Source: an uncultured Chloroflexia bacterium (lineage in GTDB: Bacteria; Chloroflexota; Chloroflexia; Thermomicrobiales; Thermomicrobiaceae). From it: a DNA stretch of 64,000 bases. The notes beneath the pieces are model-generated. The model made no database searches. It had not been told where the DNA came from and saw only the letters and a list, made by a program, of their open reading frames with translations. How positions within the stretch are numbered: the stretch's first letter is position 1; each line of letters starts with the position of its first letter. The position numbers were made by a program, and so were the translations under genes. Shown here piece after piece: positions 6,681-15,654 of the stretch. The stretch is from contig CAWBKX010000001.1 of the NCBI GenBank assembly GCA_963789565.1, positions 11,004 to 75,003 of the forward strand. Direction: 5' to 3'.

Positions 6681-9215
6681 ATGATTCAACGCGTTGGGCG
6701 CTGGCTCGGGGTGCTTCTCCTGGTAAGCGGCCTGGTGGGTGCCGTCATGCCAGCAAATGCGCTTGCCGCCACCAGCCACTACTACACGCTCCAGGTGCTG
6801 CCGATGCCGTCGGGCACCGATGGGTGGCAAATGGGAGGCAGTATTGTCGACGACGCTGAGGACGTCGTGAGTGCCGCGACTGAGCCCGGGAATTTTCAGC
6901 ATGTGCTGATCTGGAAGAGCGGATCCAGTTCGGCTATCCAACCGGCGAGCTACGCCGAACTGGTGAACGTGACACACGGCGGAACGGTCCTCTACTGGAA
7001 TCTTTCCGACGGCCAGTTGCATCAATACGTCATTTCCACCAGTACCGACTCGCTGGCGACCAACGTGCTCCTAGGTGCGGCCGCCATGAACGCGTCTCAA
7101 GTAATGGTCGGCACGTATCTGCCGTCGAATAGTCAGATTCCTGCCGCCGGTAAGGCACCACTCGGTTCGACCAACGTGAACCAGATCACTGATCTCGGAT
7201 TCGGCATCGACTCGGGTGCCAATGACATCAACGATTCCGGTGACGTGGTCGGCTACGGATCGTGTTCAACCGCAACGCAATGTGCTTACTACTACGATCA
7301 CTCGACGCACACGGCGACGTCGCTCGGTCCAGACGGCAGCGATCAAACCGCGACCATGCAGGCGATCGCGATCAACGCATCAGGAGAAGCGGCCGGTAAC
7401 TCGTGGTTCAACTACGGCTACAACCGTCCACCCTTCAAATACACAAAAGCTGGGGGAGTCGAGTTTCTGGGTATGGGGACATCGCCCACCGGCATCGCGA
7501 ATGACATCAATTCCGCGGGCGATATCGTGGGCCAGGTCACCGGCTTGGGCGCCGTCCTCTGGCCCTCCGACTCGACCGACCCCATCGAGCTGAGCAAACA
7601 GATCGTCCTTAGCAATCTCACCGGGTGGAGCCTCGATTACGGGGAGTCAATCAACGACGATGGCGTCATCACGGCACTCGGCTCGCTGAGTGGCCAGTCG
7701 ACCACATTCGTACTTGCTCCAGCACTCGACGGGACCGCACCGAGGAGCACCGGGACAATCGTTGATGGGTCCGACACGCTTGCGACCCCGAACGGCGCGG
7801 GCTGGTACAACGACTCCACGCTGAAGCTCCGAATTCAGGTCCAGGACAACGAAGACGGATTCGGAGTCAAAAATCTGACGCTGACCGTCAACAGTAGTAC
7901 GTCAACGCTCGCCACGGGCAATAACGGCCAACCGTTCGATGCCGTTACATTCTCGGAAGGCACCAACTCAGTCAGCTACTACGGTACAGACCTCGCAGGT
8001 AACTCCGAGACTGCTCACAATCTCACTGTCAAATACGACAAGACCGCGCCAACCTTTGATTGTGTCGGGGTTCCGACAGGTTGGACCAAGGGAAATATAG
8101 ACGTCACGTGTACACCCATCGACACGGTTTCTGGCGTCGCCAGCCCAATCGGCACCTTCAATCTCTCGACAAACGTTCCGGACGGCACGGAGACGGACGC
8201 CGCGACGAGCAACTCAGTCACGGTGTGTGATGTCGCCGACAACTGTTCTGACGCGCAGCTCAGCGGATTGATGATCGACAACAAGGCACCCGACGTCAGT
8301 TGCGCTGCGACCGACGACGCATGGCACGGCAGTGACGTCGTCCTGAACTGCACGTCAACGGACTCGGGTTCCGGTCTGGCAAACGACTCGGATGCACAGT
8401 TCACCTTATCGACCAACGTCGCCAGTGGCAGCGAGACCGACACCGCCGGCACCGACAGTCGGCAGGTCTGCGACGCCGTCAACAACTGCGTCACGGTTGG
8501 ACCGTTTGGGCCGGTCAAGGTTGACAAGAAAGGTCCGGACCTCAGCGGCGCTCCGACCAGTGCCGCCAATGAAAACGGCTGGTACGACCAGTCCGTGACC
8601 ATTCACTGGACGTGCTCGGATGCCGGTTCAGGCGTCAATGCGTGCCCGGATGACAAGCAAATCACAACAGAAGGCACCGGACTGACTGCGTCAGCAAACG
8701 CCGTCGATAACGTCGGCAACCAAACCACGGCGGACAGCAGCCCAGGCGTGAACATCGATTTGACGGCGCCCACGGTGTCATATACCGGCAATCAGGGGAC
8801 ATACAGCGTTGATCAGACGGTCAACATTGCCTGCAACGCCAACGACGCGCTCTCTGGGATCGACACGTCCAATTGCCAGGACATCAACGGCCCCGCGTGG
8901 TCGTTCGCACTGGGTTCCAACGAATACCGTGCGTCGGCGATCGATAAGGCCGGCAACGTCGGCAATGGCAATGTCAGCTTCACCGTCTCGGTGACGCCGG
9001 ACAGTTTGTGCGCCTTGACCAAGCAGATGGTCCGGAACAAGACGAGCGGGACGCTTCTGTGCCAGCCCTTGATCGGCGCGAAGTTCGCCGAATCAATGCA
9101 CATTCCGTTCGTGAAGCACATGTACGTTCAGGTCTATGTCATCAAGGTCAAAATGGAGTGGAGCCTAACTCCGAGCCAGAAGTCGACGCTGATCCGGCTC
9201 GCGCGAGGTTTGTAG
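6681..9215 (+). CDS. Large secreted protein: HAF-type extracellular repeats plus about five Ig-like repeats and a helical C-terminal tail
   Basis: ATG at 6681. The signal peptide is MIQRVGRWLGVLLLVSGLVGAVMPANALA. It has repeated xINDSGDVVGYG / AINASGEAAGNS / DINSAGDIVGQV / SINDDGVITALGS units. Repeated D(K/N/L)(T/K)(A/G)P ... C(T/S)..D..SG(V/L/I) modules follow. Confidence 0.75.
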   Translation: MIQRVGRWLGVLLLVSGLVGAVMPANALAATSHYYTLQVLPMPSGTDGWQMGGSIVDDAEDVVSAATEPGNFQHVLIWKSGSSSAIQPASYAELVNVTHGGTVLYWNLSDGQLHQYVISTSTDSLATNVLLGAAAMNASQVMVGTYLPSNSQIPAAGKAPLGSTNVNQITDLGFGIDSGANDINDSGDVVGYGSCSTATQCAYYYDHSTHTATSLGPDGSDQTATMQAIAINASGEAAGNSWFNYGYNRPPFKYTKAGGVEFLGMGTSPTGIANDINSAGDIVGQVTGLGAVLWPSDSTDPIELSKQIVLSNLTGWSLDYGESINDDGVITALGSLSGQSTTFVLAPALDGTAPRSTGTIVDGSDTLATPNGAGWYNDSTLKLRIQVQDNEDGFGVKNLTLTVNSSTSTLATGNNGQPFDAVTFSEGTNSVSYYGTDLAGNSETAHNLTVKYDKTAPTFDCVGVPTGWTKGNIDVTCTPIDTVSGVASPIGTFNLSTNVPDGTETDAATSNSVTVCDVADNCSDAQLSGLMIDNKAPDVSCAATDDAWHGSDVVLNCTSTDSGSGLANDSDAQFTLSTNVASGSETDTAGTDSRQVCDAVNNCVTVGPFGPVKVDKKGPDLSGAPTSAANENGWYDQSVTIHWTCSDAGSGVNACPDDKQITTEGTGLTASANAVDNVGNQTTADSSPGVNIDLTAPTVSYTGNQGTYSVDQTVNIACNANDALSGIDTSNCQDINGPAWSFALGSNEYRASAIDKAGNVGNGNVSFTVSVTPDSLCALTKQMVRNKTSGTLLCQPLIGAKFAESMHIPFVKHMYVQVYVIKVKMEWSLTPSQKSTLIRLARGL

Positions 9216-9221
9216 GGACCA

Positions 9222-9258
9222 GGATGTGCCCGGACGACAGGTCTCTCCGGGTACATCC
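9222..9258 (+). terminator. Hairpin terminator candidate after the HAF-repeat gene
   Basis: The sequence is GGATGTGCCCGGA-11 nt-TCCGGGTACATCC. This is a 13-bp stem with one mismatch, 7 nt after the stop, followed by TCTT. Confidence 0.4.
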
Positions 9259-9476
9259 TCTTGGTGAACGGCGGCAGACGACCTATCTCGAGTTTCGTCT
9301 GTCGCCCTTTTTCACCGGAGCGTCAGCCTGAGTCGTTGCTCAGCGATCGACGCTGCCAAAACCGTCTGTTCAATACCCAATTCGATCCACCATTTCCAGG
9401 CAGCGTCGAATCGCTGTTCTCCAATCGCCGCGCACAGTCATTGCCGCGATCGAATTCTCGCTGCTCGGACTAGACG

Positions 9477-11003
9477 CTACGAATCCGCCCAGAACCGCGA
9501 GTTTCGACCCGATTGATCGTTTCCCTGGTTCTCCGACTCGCTCTGTTCCAACATACGCGCTTGCGCAAACCCAAGGATCGTGACGAAGACCACCCCCCCG
9601 ATCAGATTTCCCAGGAGTGCGGGAACGAAGTTGCCCGTGAACCAGTCTCCTATGGAGATCGGAGCGCCTAGCATCATGGCCGTGAAGATTTCCGGTGCCG
9701 AAATGACCACGTGGTTGAAGTGAGCCGCCACGATCAGGAAGCCGGTCATCCAGATGATGACCAATCGTGGTCCGAGACCGGTGGCTGCCAGAATCAACCA
9801 GGTCATGATCGTCATGAGCCATCCAGCAAAGATGGCTTTCATAAAGGCATCCCAGAACGGGTAGTTGACCTTGTCCACCGCGACCTGTTTGAGAAAATCG
9901 GCCGAAGGACCGCTCAGCACGCCAGTGCGGCTCATGAGGAATGCCGCGATGACGCTTCCCACCATGTTGAAGAACAGAACGTAGCCCCACAGCTCCAGCA
10001 GATCTCGAAGCGTGCCCCGACCGCGGATGACTCCCGTGATTGGAAACAGGAAATTCTCAGTGAAAAGCTCGCCCTTGCCCACCAGCACGATGACGAATCC
10101 GATGGGGAATACGAAGGCTGCCAACCACTGCGCGCGTTCGAATCCAAGACTCGCCATCCACGGTCCAGCGGTCCATGACATGGCGATGGCTCCGAAGCTC
10201 ACACCAAACGCTCCGAGCAGAGCGGTGATCGCGTGCGCCGGATTGAGACGTCGCAGACGTCTGGCGCCGACCTGAGCCGCAGTTTCAATGACTTCCGGAG
10301 ACTCCGCGCCGAGTGCGTTTTCGCGTTCATCCGATGCCTGCTTCTCGGTTCTCGTTTCGACTCTCGTTTGCGCGCGGTCGCGCATGCGGGCCACATCGTC
10401 GTCGATAGTGCTGAGGCGATCACGCGAGATACGAAACTGGTTTCGCGCCGAAGACGAGATCAGATCCTGCTCTTCGTCGACCAACTCTGACAGGAGCCGG
10501 CTCAGACGCTCCCCCGCGCGACCAATTTCGCCCATCAATCCGTGAAGGTCGGGAGGCCCGGCCCCGTCCTGTCGGTGGGGCGGTTTGGATCGAGACTCGT
10601 TCGCCTGGACGTCGCGCTCAATCGACAGGAGCACGAGGTGAAAGACGTCCACAACCTGCGACAGCAACACCGCGGCGAAATCAGCGGCGGAGCGATCCTT
10701 TCGCCCTGAGAATCGGGCAAATGCACGACGCACGGGAGTCAGCGTCCGAGGCTGAAGTACGGCCAGAAAGCTATTGCCGACCAGGATGTCGAGCCGATCC
10801 CACGTGATTGCGTTCTCATCGGGCAGTGAAGGGACGTTGCAGCGGATGTGAAGCTGCTGAGCATCATCCGACCACGCTAGTCCCGGCGCGATCTGCCGAT
10901 CCTGAACGTGTTCAAGGAGTGATTCGTCGATTGCGAATCGCGCGGAAAGCCGCTGAAGCTCGTCGTGGCTCGGTCGCACGAGTTCCACGAAATCGAACGG
11001 CAA
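9477..11003 (-). CDS. Formate/nitrite transporter (FNT) family channel with ~255-aa CorA-like N-terminal cytoplasmic domain
   Basis: The C-terminal half has FNT hallmarks: VGKGELFTENF, FNHVVISAPE (central His) and LLGNLIGGVVFV. The N-terminal half has a CorA-like pattern (DILVGNSFLAVLQPR ... DFAAVLLSQVVDVFHLVLLSIERDVQ and long charged helices). Confidence 0.75.
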   Translation of the reverse strand: MPFDFVELVRPSHDELQRLSARFAIDESLLEHVQDRQIAPGLAWSDDAQQLHIRCNVPSLPDENAITWDRLDILVGNSFLAVLQPRTLTPVRRAFARFSGRKDRSAADFAAVLLSQVVDVFHLVLLSIERDVQANESRSKPPHRQDGAGPPDLHGLMGEIGRAGERLSRLLSELVDEEQDLISSSARNQFRISRDRLSTIDDDVARMRDRAQTRVETRTEKQASDERENALGAESPEVIETAAQVGARRLRRLNPAHAITALLGAFGVSFGAIAMSWTAGPWMASLGFERAQWLAAFVFPIGFVIVLVGKGELFTENFLFPITGVIRGRGTLRDLLELWGYVLFFNMVGSVIAAFLMSRTGVLSGPSADFLKQVAVDKVNYPFWDAFMKAIFAGWLMTIMTWLILAATGLGPRLVIIWMTGFLIVAAHFNHVVISAPEIFTAMMLGAPISIGDWFTGNFVPALLGNLIGGVVFVTILGFAQARMLEQSESENQGNDQSGRNSRFWADS

Positions 11004-11255
11004 ATCTTCTGCTTGTTTTTCGACGGATGGAGGGATAACGCGGTCCGAGGCGTTCGTGTTGGCACCTCCTGAACGGTCCTATTCCGGGGCACCCCCACGC
11101 ATCATTTCAGCCACTTGCTGGTGAAGCACATGGGGTTGCCGGAAGCACGAGAACGCACGCGAGATGCCATGAACGGATACCTCGTCGGCATGTGAGTCTG
11201 GCGCGAACCAGCGGGAAGAATTGGGGGCATGGGGTGCGCTCGCGGCGACCCGAGG

Positions 11256-13391
11256 CTAGTTGGTACCCTCGACGAGATTCGAGATGAGCATGGCGTAATA
11301 GTTGGCGCCGACCGGACGTAGATGAATGCCGTCATCCCAGAAGAGCTCAGGGTGGTTCGCGGTGGCATCGTGCCAATTGAGGAGCGCGGCGTTCGAGTAG
11401 CGGGAAACTCCCGCCGCCAGAATGTCGTTGTTTGGGGCCTCCCAATCTCGTGAAACACGCAAGTTCACGAAGATGACCCGGCGCTTATCCCCAACGATCG
11501 ACATCAACTGATCGAACTGATCCGTCGTCATCGGACCGTTGTTGCCGATATCGACAACGACGATTTGCCGAAGGTCTCCAGCGTTGCTGCGTGCTTGCAG
11601 AATCTGAATCGCTTCAGAGACCTGCAACCCTACCTTCGCGTCGAGATCGAGATTCGGAATGTCGTTCACCAGTTCATCGGCCGCACCAAGCATCACCGAG
11701 TCGCCAACTGCCGTTACCGTCGGCGCGGAGGCATAGTCGGCACCCGCCGTCGGGGTTGGCGCGGGAGGCGGGGTCGGAACTGGTGTTGGTGTATCGGTCG
11801 GAGTCGGAGTAGGGGTGTCTGTCGGCTCCTCCGTGGCCACGGTTGCCAACGTTGGGGCCGCGGTCGGGATAGGTGTCGGCGTTGATGTCGGCGCGACGAC
11901 CGCTTGAGCCGTCGGCGTGACTCCGGGCGTTGGAGTCGGCAAGACGGTCGGGAGCGGTGGTGGCGGGCTGGACACGATATGGACTTCCTGGACGCTCAAA
12001 TACGAGGGCGGCACACCTGGATGCGCGCGCACGACGGCTACACCCAGGGTGACGGTCGAGATCGCCAGCGCCCCGCTGACACCGAGCCATCCAGCGCGCA
12101 CCACGCGCGGCTGCTCCGTACGCGACTGCGAAAACGCCCGCCAAGCGCGGCCGACGCGACCGCTGCGAAACGGTGTCTCGACGAATCTATATGAGATCTC
12201 GACGAAAGCCAGCGTTATCGCCAGGCGCAAGAGGAACAGCGGAAACCCGCTCAATGAAATGTCGAGACCAGGCCGTGTCACCATGAAGACCGGCCAGTGC
12301 CAGAGATAGATTCCGTAGGAACGCACGCCCACCCAGCGTAACGGAGGGCAGCCCAGCGCTCGCGAGAGCAGGCGCGACCGAGGATGAACCGTTGCGGCGA
12401 TCACGGCGGCGGTGGCCAACGCCACCAACAAGAATCCTCCCTGATAGAGAGTCGAATCAAATTCACCGAGGCGCCAGAACGCCAGAGCCACACCCAGCAG
12501 GCCGGCTATTCCCACGGCTTCAAGCATCACCTGCGCGCGGCGCCCCGGCCCGAGCCATGCCAACCCACGTGTCACCCATCCAATTGAGAACTTCGTCTCA
12601 CCGCCTGGCTGCCAGACGAACGCCAATGCGGCGCCCACCAGCAGTTCCGCGGCACGGGTATCTGTGCCGTAGTAGATGCGGGATGGATCGACACCAGGAC
12701 GGAAAAGGACTGCCATCAGCACGGTCGACACGCCCACGGCGCCGAGGACGCCGAGAATCACTTTGCGCTGACGCAAGCGGCTCATGCCGAGTGCAAAGAG
12801 CGGCGGCCAAATGAGATAGAACTGCTCCTCCACCGCCAGCGACCAGAGGTGCTTCAAAAGGGACAGCCGGCCCATCTCCTCGAAGTACGACCTATGCGCG
12901 AAGATCAGCCACCAATTCGTCACGTAGAAAGCCGCAGCGAGAGCGTCCGACCGAAGCTGCGTCACCTGCAGCGGCAAAAAGATCACGGAATAGGTCAAGG
13001 TGGCGATCAGCAGTAGGTAGAGCGCTGGCAGCAACCGCCGAGCTCGACGAATCCAGAAGGTCTTCAGATCGATGCGACCGGTTGAACGGAACTCGGAGAG
13101 GAGGAGCGAGGTGATGAGATACCCACTCAAGACGAAGAAGACTTCAACGCCCAGGAACCCACCCGGCAGCCAGTGAACGCTCGAGTGATACACCAGAACC
13201 GCGAGAACCGCGACGGCTCTCAGTCCGTCCAGAGCGGGAATGTATGGGAGACGGGGACCTGACTGGCGCTGGGTGGCACCAGTGACACGTTCAGCCGTGA
13301 AATAGCGATCCCAAAATGTCGCGGACGCCGCCTCATCACAGCGTGCAACCTCCGCGGCTCGGCTCATCTCTTCCCCATCTGCCATACTCAT
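11256..13391 (-). CDS. Acyltransferase-3 family membrane O-acyltransferase with C-terminal SGNH domain (OatA/OafA-like)
   Basis: It has LDGLRAVAVLAVLVYH and about 10 TM segments, then a Pro/Thr-rich linker. The C-terminal VTAVGDSVMLGAA matches SGNH block I. Confidence 0.85.
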   Translation of the reverse strand: MSMADGEEMSRAAEVARCDEAASATFWDRYFTAERVTGATQRQSGPRLPYIPALDGLRAVAVLAVLVYHSSVHWLPGGFLGVEVFFVLSGYLITSLLLSEFRSTGRIDLKTFWIRRARRLLPALYLLLIATLTYSVIFLPLQVTQLRSDALAAAFYVTNWWLIFAHRSYFEEMGRLSLLKHLWSLAVEEQFYLIWPPLFALGMSRLRQRKVILGVLGAVGVSTVLMAVLFRPGVDPSRIYYGTDTRAAELLVGAALAFVWQPGGETKFSIGWVTRGLAWLGPGRRAQVMLEAVGIAGLLGVALAFWRLGEFDSTLYQGGFLLVALATAAVIAATVHPRSRLLSRALGCPPLRWVGVRSYGIYLWHWPVFMVTRPGLDISLSGFPLFLLRLAITLAFVEISYRFVETPFRSGRVGRAWRAFSQSRTEQPRVVRAGWLGVSGALAISTVTLGVAVVRAHPGVPPSYLSVQEVHIVSSPPPPLPTVLPTPTPGVTPTAQAVVAPTSTPTPIPTAAPTLATVATEEPTDTPTPTPTDTPTPVPTPPPAPTPTAGADYASAPTVTAVGDSVMLGAADELVNDIPNLDLDAKVGLQVSEAIQILQARSNAGDLRQIVVVDIGNNGPMTTDQFDQLMSIVGDKRRVIFVNLRVSRDWEAPNNDILAAGVSRYSNAALLNWHDATANHPELFWDDGIHLRPVGANYYAMLISNLVEGTN

Positions 13392-13938
13392 CCGGACCTC
13401 GCGCTCACGACCGCGTTCTGGGCCGCTTCGGTGGTAACCACGTCTACTACCAGCCAGTCCAGATTTCTGCCCTAATCATCCACCAAAACGTCGTGCAATG
13501 TCATGGAGCAGTCCGAACAGTTGCCCCTTTCGCTCAGGACATCCCTAGTACGCACCGATTGCGAGTCAGGTTACCCCGGATTACGGATCGAGACGAGAAT
13601 AACCTCCCTAGAATCGGAGCGTCGTTTGACCGGGAACAATACCCGTTCCAGAATACCAGCATGCCGCAACTTCCGCGACTGCGAAACTGGCCTAGAGACA
13701 GTTAATGAAGTATCAACCACGGATTCACAGCGCTGGGTTTCACGTCCGGCGCGTTGTGTCGGCACCGTGCCGCTTAGTCAGCGTGAACCAAACCGGTGCT
13801 GGACGTTCGTAATATTTCGAGAAACGATGGCGCGCGCGACCGATATCGTGGATGATGAGCAGGCGAAAATACGACGACCACCACCCGAATGTGCGCGGAC
13901 CGGTGATGATCTGGAATCGTGTGTGCCCTGGAGGGACA

Positions 13939-15522
13939 ATGAAACGATTGATCCGACTCATTGCGTCGATCGCCTTCTTGCTGTCGCTCGTCGCAGCTTA
14001 CTCGATGGCTGGATCAACCGTTTCGGCGGATTCCAACTCGTCCTTTCCAAAATTTGATGCTCTTACGCCAGCGCCGTTCACCACTGTCGCGCCAGGGACG
14101 TTCTCAATCAGTGCCCACGCTCAGTCGGACGTTGCGCTGTCGGACGTAACCTTGATGCTGAACGACTCGAAGATTGCCGAAACCGGCAGCGCAACGTCCA
14201 GTTCCGTCACGATCTCACAAACACAGCTCCTTTCTGCCGGTACCTACACCGCTACGGTGACCGCGACGGATGCCGATGGCAAACAATTCAAAGCGCAATG
14301 GGATTTCGTGGTGTCAGACCACGCCAGCGAATCGGAATGGTTCGACGAGAACGGTCAGCCAAAGGCAGATCAGATCAACGCCACGATCCGTTCACTGGTC
14401 GAAGCGTTTCGATGGCATCTGTACGGGCTCTCCTGGGACGGAGCAGATCACCCGGATCTGCCGACTCATGTCGGTCTGACTGGGACAGGCTCTCCGCTGA
14501 CACCGTGGGTGACCGGGACAACCTTCGACCAGGCAAATACCGAGGCGACGCTGCGGTCGCTGGTAGAGGCGTTCCGCTGGCACTTCTGGGGCATAAGTTG
14601 GGATGGAGCCGACCACCCAGACATCCCGACGCACGCGGGTTCGATTCAAGGGCCACAGAGCATCGACCCATGGTTCGACGGCAACGGAAACCCAATTCCC
14701 GACCACATTTCTGCCACTCTCGAAAGTCTGGTCGAAGCATTCCGCTGGCACTTCTGGGGCTACTCCTGGGACGGCAGCCCGCATCCGGACATGCCTTCGC
14801 ACGCGGAGTACCTGAACGGCAGCGCGACTGAACCGACTCCGCCGACCGATGAAGGCACCCCGACCCCAACCGAGTCAACTCCATCGAGCACGCCGTCGAG
14901 CACACCTTCGACAGGACCGGATGATGGCAACCCGCTCGAGGGCGACATCGCGTATCAGTCGGCGCTGACAACCGTCTCACCGTTCTCGTCTCCGGACGGC
15001 GCCAGCGGAAGCGCGGTCGCTGACGGCTACACCGTCACCCTGCCGCCGGGAGTCGCCGACGGCGTCACAAGTGGGTCAGCGGACTTTGGCGACGCGTCGT
15101 ACAGCCTCGACATCAAGAAGCTGACATCGGACGGAAACGCCACCGGCTGCCTTGTCTACCGTGCGACTCAGACCGGTTCGAGCGGCGCGTTCTATCAGTA
15201 CTGCGTCCTCTACAGTGGCAATTCACTGGTTGGCGTTCAGGCGGTTCTTGTCACGTCAGACAATATCTCGTCTTCAACAAACGTCAGTCCGGTGGCTGGA
15301 TATCAGCTCAACACACCCGTTTCTGCACTTGATTGGCACACACTGAAGGTGATCGCCAGTGGCAACCAGTTCTGGTTCTACCTTGACGGCACGTATCAGG
15401 GAATGACGACGTACTCGGGCCCGTCGAGTGGAACGATTGGGTTCTCGGCGTTCAACCTCGACACCGATGTCACTCAGTCGTTCGAGTTCGCCAACCTCAC
15501 CGTCAAGAACCTTCAGCCGTAG
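13939..15522 (+). CDS. Secreted protein: Ig-like N-domain, three tandem ~55-aa His/Trp-rich repeats, PT linker, concanavalin/LamG-like C-domain
   Basis: ATG at 13939 with GGAGGG upstream. The signal peptide is MKRLIRLIASIAFLLSLVAAYSMAGSTVSA. The motif SLVEAFRWH(L/F)(Y/W)G(L/I/Y)SWDG..HPD.P(T/S)H occurs three times. The C-terminal WHTLKVIASGNQFWFYLDG is jelly-roll-like. Confidence 0.7.
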   Translation: MKRLIRLIASIAFLLSLVAAYSMAGSTVSADSNSSFPKFDALTPAPFTTVAPGTFSISAHAQSDVALSDVTLMLNDSKIAETGSATSSSVTISQTQLLSAGTYTATVTATDADGKQFKAQWDFVVSDHASESEWFDENGQPKADQINATIRSLVEAFRWHLYGLSWDGADHPDLPTHVGLTGTGSPLTPWVTGTTFDQANTEATLRSLVEAFRWHFWGISWDGADHPDIPTHAGSIQGPQSIDPWFDGNGNPIPDHISATLESLVEAFRWHFWGYSWDGSPHPDMPSHAEYLNGSATEPTPPTDEGTPTPTESTPSSTPSSTPSTGPDDGNPLEGDIAYQSALTTVSPFSSPDGASGSAVADGYTVTLPPGVADGVTSGSADFGDASYSLDIKKLTSDGNATGCLVYRATQTGSSGAFYQYCVLYSGNSLVGVQAVLVTSDNISSSTNVSPVAGYQLNTPVSALDWHTLKVIASGNQFWFYLDGTYQGMTTYSGPSSGTIGFSAFNLDTDVTQSFEFANLTVKNLQP

Positions 15523-15533
15523 CCGCCAATAGC

Positions 15534-15566
15534 AAGAGTCCGTGGAGTTCACCTCCACGGACTCTT
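15534..15566 (+). terminator. Rho-independent terminator
   Basis: A perfect 14-bp stem, AAGAGTCCGTGGAG-ttcac-CTCCACGGACTCTT, followed by CACTTTTG. It lies 12 nt after the stop at 15522. Confidence 0.65.
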
Positions 15567-15654
15567 CACTTTTGTAGCGGGACGCAAAAAGTCAGATGCT
15601 AACATCGGTTCATCACTACGCTGCCCGCAGTGGCGTCATTTATGGTGCCCGAGA

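Noticed and set aside
11730-11900. Short ACC/CCG/ACG-rich periodic DNA that at first looked like a repeat array (also 18690-18810 and 14830-14920)
   Set aside because: These are coding Pro/Thr-rich interdomain linkers inside three secreted or membrane proteins. They have no spacer-repeat organisation, so they are not CRISPR or VNTR elements.
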